A stretch of DNA of 64,000 bases from Candidatus Altiarchaeota archaeon (GCA_038891095.1 JAWAEV010000002.1:32001-96000), one strand, 5' to 3'; positions 39,787 through 50,735 are shown, numbered from the stretch's first letter. Translations and numbers: made by a program. The notes: generated by a model not told the origin, from the sequence alone.

Positions 39787-41007
39787 TTACTTACCTCTTA
39801 AAGCTTCCACTGCAGGTAATGAATAACCAGCTAACATTGAAATGCAAGCTCCACCACCCGAAGAAATATGCGTTATCTTATCCTCTACATTTAATTTTCT
39901 TACAGATGCAACCAAATGACCACCGCCAACAACAGAGAAAGCATTTCTATTATCTGCAATTTCTTTCACAATTTCTTCAGTTCCAATAGCAAATTTCTCA
40001 TCTTCAAAAACACCAAGAGCACCTTTTGCAAATACAGTACCAGATTTTCTTATAATCTCCTTAAATTTTTCAATTGTTTTTCTACCGATGTCTTTAATTA
40101 CGTAATTTCTTGGAAGTTCACTGACATCAATTTCAAATCTCTCATCTTTGTAATCCAATGCTAAATCAACTGGAGTTATTATCTTGTCATCATATTTATC
40201 AAGCAAGGCTTTTGCAACATCAATTTGTTCTATTAATCCCTTACCACGAATAAATTCTATACTTGGTTCACCTATGCGGTAGCCCTTAGCAACTAAAAAA
40301 ATATTGCCGACTAAGCCACCAGCAAGTATGTAGTCAGTTCCATTGCTCAAGGCTTTTTCAGCTGCTTTAAAAGAATCATCAGCTTTTGTGCCGCCAAGAA
40401 CAAAAGTTACAGGTTTTTTTGGGGTTTTCATAATTTTATCTATAATTTTAATCTCCCTCTCCATTAATCTACCAGCGCAGCATGGTAAAACTTCTGGAAA
40501 GCCAACAAGAGATGGTTGAGAACGATGAGCTGTTCCAAAGGCATCATCAACATAAATGTCTATAACTGATGAGAGTTTTCTTACCATATGTGTTTTTGCT
40601 TGGACATCTGCTGGTCTTATGATATTTTCTTCAGCACAAAATCTTGAATTTTCGAGCATTATGATATCACCACTTTTCATTTTCTTTATTTCATTTATAA
40701 CATACGAACTGAAAACACAGTCAATGTATCTTATTTTATGTTCAATGACCTTAGAGAGCAATTCTGCATGTTTTTCAAGTGTTGTAAAATCTGGGTCGCC
40801 TGGCCTGCCTTGATGCGCAATTATAACAACTTTTGCTTTCTTCTCTATTAACTCTTGTAGAGTTTTCTTGTGAGATAGAAATCTTCTGTCATCCATTATT
40901 TCATTAGTTTTTTGATTTATTGGACTGTTAACATCAATCCTCACAAGAACAACTTTCCCTTTAAAATCAAAATCATCCATTGTTTTTATTTTATACTCAG
41001 AAATCAT
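39787..41007 (-). CDS. pgk: Phosphoglycerate kinase
   Basis: RIDVNSP, AHQGRPG, DAFGTAHR, GGTK, GGGH, SSGGGA. Confidence 0.97.
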   Translation of the reverse strand: MISEYKIKTMDDFDFKGKVVLVRIDVNSPINQKTNEIMDDRRFLSHKKTLQELIEKKAKVVIIAHQGRPGDPDFTTLEKHAELLSKVIEHKIRYIDCVFSSYVINEIKKMKSGDIIMLENSRFCAEENIIRPADVQAKTHMVRKLSSVIDIYVDDAFGTAHRSQPSLVGFPEVLPCCAGRLMEREIKIIDKIMKTPKKPVTFVLGGTKADDSFKAAEKALSNGTDYILAGGLVGNIFLVAKGYRIGEPSIEFIRGKGLIEQIDVAKALLDKYDDKIITPVDLALDYKDERFEIDVSELPRNYVIKDIGRKTIEKFKEIIRKSGTVFAKGALGVFEDEKFAIGTEEIVKEIADNRNAFSVVGGGHLVASVRKLNVEDKITHISSGGGACISMLAGYSLPAVEALRGK

Positions 41008-41171
41008 TTTCTTTACCTCAAATTTTTATAAATAATTAAAAAGGAATAAATTTAAAGTAAGAGAAATAAGAAGCTAGCGAAACACTAAGAGCTGGTACAT
41101 AATAGAATTCATATAACTCTTCATTTGGGAATACTAAAAACATACCGCAATAAAAATAAAATTCTTGCACA

Positions 41172-41903
41172 CTAAACAGATTCAATCCTCGGAGCAAGAT
41201 AATAAAGAACTCTTCCTTCACCAATTGCATATTCAATTTTTATTGGTGCATCAGTTTTAAGCTTTAGGATTACTATTGATTGTACATCTGCTGCTCTCAA
41301 TAAGTTGTTCAATTGATCTAAAGCAAAGACAGCTCTTGCATCTTTTTTGACATCTTTGCTTAAGATATTTTCATCTGGAAGTTTTATGTCAACACTACCA
41401 GTATCACCTTCTGCTCTTATACTAAAACCACCATCAATCGACAAGGCAACATGATTGCTAACAAGTTCTGCATCTTTTAGTGCTTCCTTTAATGTGTTCG
41501 CACCAATTTTCACTTCAGCAGTAAAATCAACAACTGGCTCTTTTGGTGGAGCTGTAGAAGATTCAATTACCGAAAGTGAAAAATTTCTTGTTGTTTCCCC
41601 TTTAAATATCATATTGAATCTCTTATCTAAGGATAATTCTATCTTATCTTCAGGTCTTAACCTTTTTGTTATCTTAAGTAATTCTGAAAAATCTATACCT
41701 ATACTAATTGGTTTCTCTACTTTGTATTTCTCAAATGCAGATGCTTTTAGCTCGAAATCAACAAGTGCAATTTGCGATGGATCCATTGCCCTTAATTTTA
41801 AACCTTCCTTTGTTATTTGTAGAGTTCCCTCATCGATCAATGCAGCAATTGCATCAATTGAATTTTTCCATGATTTCGTGTCAGATATAGTTGCTGAAAA
41901 CAT
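41172..41903 (-). CDS. pcn: PCNA sliding clamp
   Basis: RAMDPSQIALV, YYLAPRIE. Confidence 0.96.
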   Translation of the reverse strand: MFSATISDTKSWKNSIDAIAALIDEGTLQITKEGLKLRAMDPSQIALVDFELKASAFEKYKVEKPISIGIDFSELLKITKRLRPEDKIELSLDKRFNMIFKGETTRNFSLSVIESSTAPPKEPVVDFTAEVKIGANTLKEALKDAELVSNHVALSIDGGFSIRAEGDTGSVDIKLPDENILSKDVKKDARAVFALDQLNNLLRAADVQSIVILKLKTDAPIKIEYAIGEGRVLYYLAPRIESV

Positions 41904-41989
41904 TTTTCCTAAAAATATTTCCTAATATACTATGATTTATTAATTAAAAGGCAAATCTTTAAAAAGCAAGAAAAGCTAATACATTAGAA

Positions 41990-43465
41990 ATGGAAAAAAA
42001 TTTAGATGAATTAATAAAAGAGAGGGAGAGAAAATATCAAGAAATTTTATCTTCTGGAGTTTATCCTCATGGAAAGAAATTTGAGCGGTCCTCAAGCATA
42101 TTTGGGATTATAGAAAAATTCTCTAAAATAGAAGCTGGGGAAAAACTTGATAGCGAAAAAGTCAAAATTGCTGGTAGGATAAGGTCCATTAGGGAGCATG
42201 GAAAGTTAATTTTCTATGATATCGAAGACTTCACTGCAAGGATTCAGGTAGTATTTGATGTCAAATTCTTAGGAGAGAAAAATTTTAAATTTCTTGAAAA
42301 ATTTAATGTTGGAGATTTTATTGGAATAGAAGGTTTTATAGGAAAAACAAAAATAGGCGAGCTCTCAGTTTGGGCAGAAAGATATGAGCTATTGAATAAA
42401 GCATTAAGACCATTACCACATGAGTGGTATGGTTTGAAAGATGTTGAGGTTAGGTACAGAGAAAGATATCTTGACCTAATTATGAATCCAAAAGTTAGAG
42501 AAATTTTCATAAAAAGAGCACTTATAATAAAGGCGATGCGTGAATTCTTGGAAAATAATGGTTATATCGAAGTGAACACTCCTGTCCTGCAGCCAATTTA
42601 TGGAGGAGCATTAGCAAAACCCTTCACAACATATCATAATGAATTAAAAAGAACTCTCTATCTAAGAATTTCTCCGGAGTTATACCTTAAGAGAGCAATT
42701 GTTGGTGGATTTGAAAAGGTTTATGAGATAACAGTAAATTTCAGAAATGAAGGAATTGACACTAAGCATAATCCTGAATTTACAATGCTTGAAACAATGT
42801 GGGCTTATGCTAACTATGAAGATAATATGAAATTTTGTGAGGAAATGATAGAATATATCGCTAAAAGAGTTTTGCAAAAAACAAAAATAACATATCAAGA
42901 AAAAGAAATAAATTTAAAAGCACCTTTTAAAAGGATTACGATGTATGATGCAATTAAGGAATACTTGAATATAAATGTAGAAAAAGAAAGTGATGCAAAT
43001 TTGAGAAAATTTTTAATAGAAAAAAATTTAAAAGTTCCAAGTTATGCTTCTCGGGGCTATTTAATTTCAGAAATTTTCAATTTAGTGGAAGGTAAAATAG
43101 AGCAACCAACTTTCATAACAGATTTCCCAGTTGAAGTTTCACCATTAGCAAAAACTAAGGCTGAAAATCCACAACTTACAGAAAGATTTGAATTAATTAT
43201 TCTTGGCCAAGAATATGCTAATTCTTACAGCGAGGAAAATAATCCTAAAGAACAAAGAAGGAAACTTCAAGAACAAGCAAAATTAAGAAAAAAAGGCAGT
43301 GAAGAAGCGCATATGATGGATGAAGATTTCATTAAAGCTTTAGAATATGGAATGCCGCCAACTTCTGGCCTTGGTATAGGTGTTGATAGATTAGTTATGC
43401 TCTTAACTGATTCAGCATCAATAAGAGAAGTAATAATGTTCCCAATTTTGAAGGAGGAAAAATAG
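41990..43465 (+). CDS. lysS: Lysine--tRNA ligase, class II
   Basis: OB anticodon domain, YLRISPELYLKR, FRNEGID..HNPEFT, EYGMPPTSGLGIGVDRL. Confidence 0.97.
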   Translation: MEKNLDELIKERERKYQEILSSGVYPHGKKFERSSSIFGIIEKFSKIEAGEKLDSEKVKIAGRIRSIREHGKLIFYDIEDFTARIQVVFDVKFLGEKNFKFLEKFNVGDFIGIEGFIGKTKIGELSVWAERYELLNKALRPLPHEWYGLKDVEVRYRERYLDLIMNPKVREIFIKRALIIKAMREFLENNGYIEVNTPVLQPIYGGALAKPFTTYHNELKRTLYLRISPELYLKRAIVGGFEKVYEITVNFRNEGIDTKHNPEFTMLETMWAYANYEDNMKFCEEMIEYIAKRVLQKTKITYQEKEINLKAPFKRITMYDAIKEYLNINVEKESDANLRKFLIEKNLKVPSYASRGYLISEIFNLVEGKIEQPTFITDFPVEVSPLAKTKAENPQLTERFELIILGQEYANSYSEENNPKEQRRKLQEQAKLRKKGSEEAHMMDEDFIKALEYGMPPTSGLGIGVDRLVMLLTDSASIREVIMFPILKEEK

Positions 43466-43549
43466 AAATAAAAAGTTAAGATTACTCAATCAAAGAAATG
43501 CCTAAAAATCAAATTCTGATATTTCATTTTTAAATTCTATATCCTTAAT

Positions 43550-43607
43550 GCTCTGTGATGAATGATGGGCGATCTGATCAATGAGGATGCGAACAACCAC
43601 TGAGAGC
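43550..43607 (+). ncRNA. Box C/D guide sRNA (predicted 23S A-loop, Um2552 equivalent)
   Basis: GCTC/GAGC stem; C GTGATGA 43555-61; D' CTGA 43574-77; C' ATGAGGA 43581-87; D CTGA 43600-03; two 12-nt guides. Confidence 0.9.
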
Positions 43608-43645
43608 GAAATTTCATTCTTTAAGTGAGAAAATTAAAATCAAAA

Positions 43646-44533
43646 ATGAAACAATTTAAATATGATGCTGAGAAGGCAATAGAGCATGTAATGGAAACTA
43701 ACTCAATAAGAAAAATTTTCTGGCACATGGATGAGAAAGTTCCAAAGCTGAGATATGGAATTCAGCAAGGTGATGATTCTGTGATTGTTGAAAATTTAGT
43801 TGCAAATATGGAGGGTCCATATCCCTTAAAAATTGGTAGAAAAACCGGCTTAATTCATACTTGCTCTGATATTGTCGTTATGGGGGCAAAGCCATTATTT
43901 GCTTTAAATGCAATGCAAGTTTCTAACATGAAAGAAGCAAATGAAACTGCTGAAGATATAAAAAAGCAGAGCATTGGTTTAGGAGTGCCAATTATTGGTG
44001 GCAACACGCAAATGGAAAAAATGTTAGAACCATGTGTTTCTTTTGTTGTAATAGGGAAATTAATTAGCAAGGAAATTCCGGATTCTGGGGCAGTTGAAAA
44101 TGATAGTTTGCTTATCTTAGGAGATGTGATTGAAGGCGAAATTGGTGAAAGAGTTTATAGAGCAAATGTAAAATTTAAAACATTTCTTGAAATTTTAGAA
44201 AAAGGCATAGATGTGCATGCATCAAAGGATTGTTCAAGAGGTGGATGGTTCGGAAATTTAGCAGAAATGCTAATAAAATCAAAAAAAGGAGCTGAAATTA
44301 CCTCAGTTCCATATCCAAGACTTTCACATTATATGGGAAATTACATAATTTCTGTTCCAGAAAATGAAGTTAGGAAGATTATTGAAATTTCAATGAAGAA
44401 TAATTGTCCAGTTGTTGAGATAGGTAAGGTCACATCAGAGCAAAAAATTTCAATTGGCAAAGAAGTTTTGATAACAAAAAAGAGAATGCTATCTCTGATA
44501 AAAAAATTTCCATTCAAAAAGGCAAAATTTTAA
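43646..44533 (+). CDS. AIR synthase/PurM-ThiL-like family protein
   Basis: GDDS, SDIVVMGAKP, IIGGNT, SKDCSRGG. Confidence 0.8.
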   Translation: MKQFKYDAEKAIEHVMETNSIRKIFWHMDEKVPKLRYGIQQGDDSVIVENLVANMEGPYPLKIGRKTGLIHTCSDIVVMGAKPLFALNAMQVSNMKEANETAEDIKKQSIGLGVPIIGGNTQMEKMLEPCVSFVVIGKLISKEIPDSGAVENDSLLILGDVIEGEIGERVYRANVKFKTFLEILEKGIDVHASKDCSRGGWFGNLAEMLIKSKKGAEITSVPYPRLSHYMGNYIISVPENEVRKIIEISMKNNCPVVEIGKVTSEQKISIGKEVLITKKRMLSLIKKFPFKKAKF

Positions 44534-45012
44534 TTTTTCTTTTTTAAATTTATGCAAACATAACTGATTAGAATGCCAATTAATGCTCCAGCAAAAACAT
44601 CATGAGGATAGTGTGCCCCTAAGTAAATTCTTGTGATTCCGATTGAAATAGCATAAATTAGATAGAACACAAAGACGGGCATTTCTGATAAAAGGAATAA
44701 CACTGGAACAAAAACTAATGCTGTGTGCATGCTCGGGAATGAGCCTAATGGATTTTTGCATTCTATGAAATGCACTTGCAATTCAGCACATGGTCTTGGT
44801 GCCAGGACCAAATTTTTTATTGCTATTACAATGAGAAAAGTTATAATAACTGACAAAACGAAATTGTAAAAATTTTTCTTTTTGTATAGAATATAAAGAG
44901 CGATTAGTGGTATAACAACAATGTAGCTATCAGTTAATGCCAAAGCTATCTTATCAACTAATGGTGATTTTATTTCTTGGACAAAAAAAATCAGCTGCTT
45001 TTCATTTATCAT
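44530..45012 (-). CDS. PAP2 family phosphatase
   Basis: K..V.APRP, SFPSMH, TRIYLGAHYPHDV. Confidence 0.92.
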   Translation of the reverse strand: MINEKQLIFFVQEIKSPLVDKIALALTDSYIVVIPLIALYILYKKKNFYNFVLSVIITFLIVIAIKNLVLAPRPCAELQVHFIECKNPLGSFPSMHTALVFVPVLFLLSEMPVFVFYLIYAISIGITRIYLGAHYPHDVFAGALIGILISYVCINLKKKN

Positions 45013-45133
45013 AAATTTATATTCACAGGAAAAGAAAATAAATCCAATCAAAATTAATTGAAAAGACAAGATATTTCGCTTTTCTTAAAATGCAACCATA
45101 CTATCCAAAAAAATACCTTAGTTTAACTATCCC

Positions 45134-46225
45134 TTAAATCCTTTTCTGATATAATCTCTCCTTTCTATATCCCTCCACTATATCCTCTAATGAAAATTTT
45201 TTCTCCTCAGACTTCTGGATAACTTTTTTTTCAATATAAAAAAATCCGCAAATTTCTCTGACATTATCAGTACTCCTAACTGAAAAGCCGTTATTTTCTA
45301 AATGTTTTTTGGCTTCTGTATTATCTGTGAAAAAAATTTCTACATCTTTTATTTTTTCAAAATCAAAATTTTTAACTTTCCCATTTATGATCACAAATTT
45401 TGATATTTCAGGAAAAATTGTCAATGCAAATGCTTCTTTATTTGCAATTTTACGCCAAACTTCTTTCATTTTCTCAAATTCATTAAGCTTAGAATTTGCA
45501 TTATCCAGAAGTAATTTTAAGTTTTTTATTGTGTTATCCCTCTTTGTAATCTCCTCATCCTTTTTCAACTCTAATGTATAATCCATCTTAGCTTTCTTTA
45601 AAAGAAATCTCAATTTTTTCAACTCATCTTCTTTTTCAGAAATTTTCTCTTTCAGAAATGAGATCTCCTCTCTAAGCTCCTTCTCTTTTGATTTTTCGTA
45701 GACATAAACTTCTTTGTGTTTTTTATCTTGCTCCTTTACTTTTGCATTTATCTCTTTTTTCATAGATAAAATTTCCCCTTTTGCGGGTTTATCTAATTTC
45801 TTTACATTTTCTCCTTGCAAAAGTAGGTGCTTCATTTCATCACTTAATTGCATGTTTGTATCTAAAAATTTTTTTCTTGCGAAATTAAATGCTGTAATAG
45901 CAGCGGCTAATGCATCTCTTTGATGATTGTCCATTACTTTATAACTTTTTGTGAGAAGATTTTTTTCATGAACATGCAAAGATTCCTTTGGTACAAACAA
46001 TTTTGCACCCAATTTTGTTGCTAAATTTGAAACAAAAGTTGGGCAGGGATTTACATCAGTTGCTATTAGAGAGGCCTTTCCTTTCTCTATAATCTTTTCT
46101 ATAACACCTCTAAGACCTATATTTTTAGAACTCAACAATTCTAATAACTCACCATTAAAATTTAGAATTGCTATTCCTGTTGTTGTTCCAGGATCAATAC
46201 CTACAATGAGATACAATTTATCCAA
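45134..46225 (-). CDS. DUF460 family protein (RNase H-like + coiled coil)
   Basis: IVGIDPGTTTG, IATDV, HQRDALAAA. Confidence 0.9.
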   Translation of the reverse strand: MDKLYLIVGIDPGTTTGIAILNFNGELLELLSSKNIGLRGVIEKIIEKGKASLIATDVNPCPTFVSNLATKLGAKLFVPKESLHVHEKNLLTKSYKVMDNHQRDALAAAITAFNFARKKFLDTNMQLSDEMKHLLLQGENVKKLDKPAKGEILSMKKEINAKVKEQDKKHKEVYVYEKSKEKELREEISFLKEKISEKEDELKKLRFLLKKAKMDYTLELKKDEEITKRDNTIKNLKLLLDNANSKLNEFEKMKEVWRKIANKEAFALTIFPEISKFVIINGKVKNFDFEKIKDVEIFFTDNTEAKKHLENNGFSVRSTDNVREICGFFYIEKKVIQKSEEKKFSLEDIVEGYRKERLYQKRI

Positions 46226-47585
46226 CTTTTAATTTTATTTGTTTTTCTCTTACGGGGTATTCTCCAGTCAAACAAGCCAAGCATAGATTTTCTTTTTCTA
46301 TCCCAATTGATTTAACTAAGCCATCAAGTGAGTTATAGTATAGTGAGTCAGCACCAATTTCTTTACATATTTCCTCAACTGTCTTCTCTGAAGCTATGAA
46401 TTCTTTTCTTGTTTTCATATCAACCCCATAAAAACATGGGTATTTTAATGGTGGACATGTTATTCTAACATGAACTTTTTTTGCACCTGCTTTCTTAAGT
46501 AAATTCACTAGATTTTTTATTGTTGTTCCACGGACAATTGAATCGTCAATAAGGATAATTTCTTTTCCTTTTATTTCCGATACAACTGGTGAGAGCTTAA
46601 CTTTAACACTTGACTCGCGAATTTTCTGTTCAGGCATTATAAAAGTCCTACCTGTGTATCTGTTCTTTATTAAACTTTCAGAGTATTTTATTCCTGATGC
46701 GTGATGATAGCCAATGGCAGCAGTAATCCCAGAATCTGGAACAGCTGTAACAATGTCTGCTTTTGTTGGTTTTTCCTCGTATAAATTTTTACCAAGATTT
46801 TTTCTTGTTTGATAAACTGGAATTCCATTAATAAATGAATCTGATCTTGAAAAGTAAACATATTCAAACATGCAATGTTTTTGTTTTTCTATTCTACCAA
46901 TTTCAGAGATCATATTATTTCCATTGAAAATTATTATCTCTCCTGGTTTAACATCTCTCAAATGAATAGCACTTAAAATATCAAATGCGCATGTTTCAGA
47001 TGCAACCACATAGCCAGAAGGTAGTTTTCCTAAACATAGTGGTCTAAAACCCCAAGGATCTCTTACAGCAATTAATTCACCTTTATCATTTAACATTGTC
47101 AATGAATAAGCACCATCAAGTAATCTCATAGCATTTTTTAAACCTTCCATAAAATTTTCTGTTTTTATATGTTCATGAGCAATTAACTGAGCTATAACTT
47201 CAGTGTCTGATGTTGTTGAAAATACTGCCCCTTTTCTTTCTAAAATTTCTTTTATGTCTTGATAGTTAGTTAAATTTCCATTATGTGCAATTGCAAATGT
47301 CCCTTTGGAATAAGTTATCATTAAAGGCTGAGAATTTTTTATTTCAGATGATCCAGTTGTTGAGTATCTAACATGTCCAATTCCAACATTTCCTTGCATG
47401 TAAATATTTTTAAAAACATCCACAACTAAACCCATTTCTTTATGTAAGTGAATTTTTCCATCAGAAAAAGTTGCTATTCCAGCAGACTCTTGGCCACGAT
47501 GTTGCATACTATATAACCCAAAATAAATTTTACTAAAAACTTCCTCTTCTGATATAATTCCAAAAACAGCGCACTTTTCCTTCAT
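46218..47585 (-). CDS. purF: Amidophosphoribosyltransferase
   Basis: KCAVFG, QHRGQES, HVRYST, HNGN, DDSIVRGTT. Confidence 0.97.
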   Translation of the reverse strand: MKEKCAVFGIISEEEVFSKIYFGLYSMQHRGQESAGIATFSDGKIHLHKEMGLVVDVFKNIYMQGNVGIGHVRYSTTGSSEIKNSQPLMITYSKGTFAIAHNGNLTNYQDIKEILERKGAVFSTTSDTEVIAQLIAHEHIKTENFMEGLKNAMRLLDGAYSLTMLNDKGELIAVRDPWGFRPLCLGKLPSGYVVASETCAFDILSAIHLRDVKPGEIIIFNGNNMISEIGRIEKQKHCMFEYVYFSRSDSFINGIPVYQTRKNLGKNLYEEKPTKADIVTAVPDSGITAAIGYHHASGIKYSESLIKNRYTGRTFIMPEQKIRESSVKVKLSPVVSEIKGKEIILIDDSIVRGTTIKNLVNLLKKAGAKKVHVRITCPPLKYPCFYGVDMKTRKEFIASEKTVEEICKEIGADSLYYNSLDGLVKSIGIEKENLCLACLTGEYPVREKQIKLKVG

Positions 47586-47645
47586 GTTATATTAATCCTT
47601 GTTCCTATAATATATACTTCTTTTCAAAAAGTTAAATATTGAAAA

Positions 47646-48230
47646 ATGAAAATTTTTGGTTATTATTTCAATGTTGTTGAGTTGATAATTGCAATAAATA
47701 TTTTAGCTTTTATTTTCATCTTAATAACTCCAGAATTTATGATATCAAATTTTGGTTTAGTACCTGTTGCATTCATAGAAAAACCATGGACATTAATAAC
47801 GAGCATTTTTTTGCATGGTAGTTTTGATCATATCTTTGCAAATATGGTAACTCTATTCTTCTTTGGCTTTTATCTTCACAGCTTAGTTGGTGAGAAAGAA
47901 TTTCTAAAAATTTATTTTCTTGGTGGTTTAGCAGGAAGTTTTCTACATCTTGTTTTAAATTATAACAGCACAATACCTGCAATTGGTGCTTCTGGAGCAA
48001 TTTTTTCAGTTGGCGCAGCACTTGCTGTTCTAAGGCCAAATCAACCAGTCTTGCTTTTCTTTTTTATTCCAATGCGTTTATGGACATCAATATTTCTTGG
48101 TTTTATACTCCTATCTTTTATTCCAGGAGTTTCATGGCAAGGTCATTTAGGTGGATTGATAGTTGGTTTAATTTTCGGCAATATGCTAAAAAAGAAATCT
48201 CAGGAGTTTTATATCATTAGAGAATTCTGA
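47646..48230 (+). CDS. Rhomboid protease
   Basis: PWTLITSIFLH..HIFANM, GASGA, GHLGG. Confidence 0.93.
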   Translation: MKIFGYYFNVVELIIAINILAFIFILITPEFMISNFGLVPVAFIEKPWTLITSIFLHGSFDHIFANMVTLFFFGFYLHSLVGEKEFLKIYFLGGLAGSFLHLVLNYNSTIPAIGASGAIFSVGAALAVLRPNQPVLLFFFIPMRLWTSIFLGFILLSFIPGVSWQGHLGGLIVGLIFGNMLKKKSQEFYIIREF

Positions 48231-48246
48231 AAAAATTAAAGTAAAA

Positions 48247-48528
48247 TCAAATGAATTTTATCTTATACTTCTTTTTTATTCTATCTTCTGGTCTTGAAAT
48301 CAAAAGAGTTCCATCAATTTTAACTTCCGCACCAGAAGGGAGTTTTAACTTAAGAACAATGCAATTTTTTGGCAAAATTTTTTTTCCTTTTTCTGTTTTT
48401 AATTTTATTGTGTTTCTTGTTTCATCTATAATAACTCCTTTGCATTTATAGCCATTATGTGTTGCCTCAATGATTTCTGCCTCTAAGCCGATAATTTCAT
48501 GCCTCAAAACATTCCATGGAGTTATCAT
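48247..48528 (-). CDS. rnp1: RNase P protein component 1 (Rpp29)
   Basis: HEIIGL, IDETRNT, RPEDRI. Confidence 0.93.
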   Translation of the reverse strand: MITPWNVLRHEIIGLEAEIIEATHNGYKCKGVIIDETRNTIKLKTEKGKKILPKNCIVLKLKLPSGAEVKIDGTLLISRPEDRIKKKYKIKFI

Positions 48529-48531
48529 ATC

Positions 48532-48828
48532 TTAAAGAACACTGATTGAATTTTCAGAAAATCCTATGCTAACGAGAACATCTTTAACTTTATGCGAGTG
48601 GTCTCCTTGCAGCTCTATTTGTCCGTTTTTTGATGTGCCTCCACAAGCAAGTTTTTTCTTTAGTTCTGTAGCTATCTTATCTATATCTACATTCTGGAAG
48701 CCATCTACAATTGTCACAACTTTTCCATATCTCCTTTTATCAACTCTAACTCTAATCTTCTGCTCCTCTCTTGAAATCTCTTCACAAACGCATAACTCCT
48801 TTGGAAGTCCACACTTTTGACAGATCAT
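48532..48828 (-). CDS. SUI1/aIF1 translation factor
   Basis: [27 protein letters not shown]. Confidence 0.95.
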   Translation of the reverse strand: MICQKCGLPKELCVCEEISREEQKIRVRVDKRRYGKVVTIVDGFQNVDIDKIATELKKKLACGGTSKNGQIELQGDHSHKVKDVLVSIGFSENSISVL

Positions 48829-49043
48829 CTCTCCTTAGAAATTTTATTCTCAGAAATTTTTTTATGTGTTAAAATTCTTGCGATTGTTCTTTTTATAGCT
48901 CTAACTTTTCCTGCATCTTCAGGAACTCCACCAGAAGCAATCACACCACGAATTTTCATCAAATCTCTTCTCAACTCAGAAAGATGTGCTTCAAGATCTT
49001 CAGAGCTCATATCTAAAATTTCTTTATATCTTAATATTGCCAT
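48825..49043 (-). CDS. rpmC: 50S ribosomal protein L29
   Basis: [16 protein letters not shown]; operon position. Confidence 0.93.
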   Translation of the reverse strand: MAILRYKEILDMSSEDLEAHLSELRRDLMKIRGVIASGGVPEDAGKVRAIKRTIARILTHKKISENKISKER

Positions 49044-49090
49044 TTGTATTTTCTATATTAATTAATCTAATTAGGGGTATATAAATAAAA

Positions 49091-49867
49091 TCAGGTATCC
49101 TCTTTTTTGCTATTATCATCACTAATATTTTCAGATTTTTTCTCTTTTTCCTTTTTTGACTTCTTCTTTTTCACTTCTTTATCTTTATGTTCATCAGTTT
49201 TTTCATTAGATTCTTCTGCTTTGACATCTTTAGTTTCTTGTTCTTTTTCTTTTGTTTCTTCAGTCTTGCTAATTTCTTTAACTTTAAATCTATCTGGAAA
49301 TTCAACATCAGGAGGCACTATTTTTACTGTAACTCCAATAACACCTGCTTTTAGATATGCCTGTTTTGTACCAATTCTTACAAGTTTTGTTGAATCACCT
49401 GCCTTTTTCATATAACCTTCAGAATATTTTTCTGCTCTTGCCCTACCACCTTTTCCAATAATTTTTCCTGCTAATATAATCTCAACTCCTTGTGCGCCTG
49501 CATTCATAATTGCTCTTATTGCTTTATAGACAACTCTCCTTCTGTTCATCCCTTTCTCAAGTGCAGAAACTATTCTTCTTGCTATGATATTTGGATCCAA
49601 AGTTGGATTTTCTACTTTTTGCACATCTACAGAAGGATTTTCAATATTGTATTTCTCTTTTAAAATTTGAGTTAACTTATCTATCCTCTTACCTTTTTTT
49701 CCTATAACAAGTGGGGGCTTTTCAACATATAATGTAACTCTAGTTGAAAGTAATGTTTTTTGTATATTCATTCCAGAATAACCAGCAGAATCTAACTCTT
49801 TCTTAAGAAAATTTTCAATTTCAGACCTTATTTTACCCTCCTGGATGAAATATTTTGTAATTGCCAT
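49091..49867 (-). CDS. rps3: 30S ribosomal protein S3
   Basis: AGYSG, IGKKG, GVIGVTVKI; charged C-terminal tail. Confidence 0.96.
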   Translation of the reverse strand: MAITKYFIQEGKIRSEIENFLKKELDSAGYSGMNIQKTLLSTRVTLYVEKPPLVIGKKGKRIDKLTQILKEKYNIENPSVDVQKVENPTLDPNIIARRIVSALEKGMNRRRVVYKAIRAIMNAGAQGVEIILAGKIIGKGGRARAEKYSEGYMKKAGDSTKLVRIGTKQAYLKAGVIGVTVKIVPPDVEFPDRFKVKEISKTEETKEKEQETKDVKAEESNEKTDEHKDKEVKKKKSKKEKEKKSENISDDNSKKEDT

Positions 49868-49868
49868 T

Positions 49869-50324
49869 CTAAGCTTCTTTAGCAGTAATTTGAATATTCA
49901 CAAGTTGGCTTACCCTTCTTTGATATCTACCCTTTGGTTTTCTCTTAACTCTCGAAATCCCTTTTAGAGTTACAGCATTGATTATCTTCAACTTTTCAGT
50001 GTTAAGTCCCTTGTATTCAGAATTTTTCTCTAAGTTATTTAAAATTTTTAGTATTTCAAATGCTGCTTTTTTTGGATATTTTGCAATTGCATCTTTGCCT
50101 AGGCCTTTTTTGTGAGCAATATTCTTTTTAAATCTTCTAAAAGGAATTGCTCTTTTTAGGGAGATAACATCACTTAGCAAATTTTTTGCTTTTTGTAATT
50201 CCATTCCTTTAATTCTCTCGCAGACAATAACTGCATTTTTAAGAGAGATATCCAAATCTCTACCCATAGCTCTTGCAATTTTAACTTTCTCTTCTTTTGG
50301 AATATAAGCATAGTCAATCTCCAT
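49869..50324 (-). CDS. rpl22: 50S ribosomal protein L22
   Basis: ISLK, AIPFRR, YPKKAA. Confidence 0.94.
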   Translation of the reverse strand: MEIDYAYIPKEEKVKIARAMGRDLDISLKNAVIVCERIKGMELQKAKNLLSDVISLKRAIPFRRFKKNIAHKKGLGKDAIAKYPKKAAFEILKILNNLEKNSEYKGLNTEKLKIINAVTLKGISRVKRKPKGRYQRRVSQLVNIQITAKEA

Positions 50325-50325
50325 T

Positions 50326-50733
50326 TTATTTTATTGGGACAAACAAGGATGAGCGTGTTGCGCCAACACCTGGAGCGGAATGTTTAACAGGTTTAACTGT
50401 TATTGAAAATTCTCCAAGATAGTGACCTAACATTTCTGGAAGAACTTCAACAATAACAAATTCTTTACCATTATAAACTCTGAACTTCATACCAACCATC
50501 TCTGGTAAAATTGGCATATCTCTACAATGGGTTTTTATAATTTTTGCCGTTCCTCCTTGATCCAAAATTTTTCTATTCTTCTTTATCTCCTCAAGTAATT
50601 TTTTTTGTTGCTCTGTAAAACCCCTCCTTAGAGATCTTCTTATTCTTGATGGCATTACCTTTGCTAACTCTTCTAATGACATCTTCTTTAGTTCATCAAG
50701 TTTATAACCTCTATATTCAAATATCCTTGCCAT
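50326..50733 (-). CDS. rps19: 30S ribosomal protein S19
   Basis: KTHCRD, GHYLGEF, GATRSS. Confidence 0.97.
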   Translation of the reverse strand: MARIFEYRGYKLDELKKMSLEELAKVMPSRIRRSLRRGFTEQQKKLLEEIKKNRKILDQGGTAKIIKTHCRDMPILPEMVGMKFRVYNGKEFVIVEVLPEMLGHYLGEFSITVKPVKHSAPGVGATRSSLFVPIK

Positions 50734-50735
50734 TT

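Noticed and set aside
41036-41236. 66-aa ORF between pcn and pgk
   Set aside because: Overlaps pcn, aromatic low-complexity composition, no motif; a short peptide cannot be fully excluded
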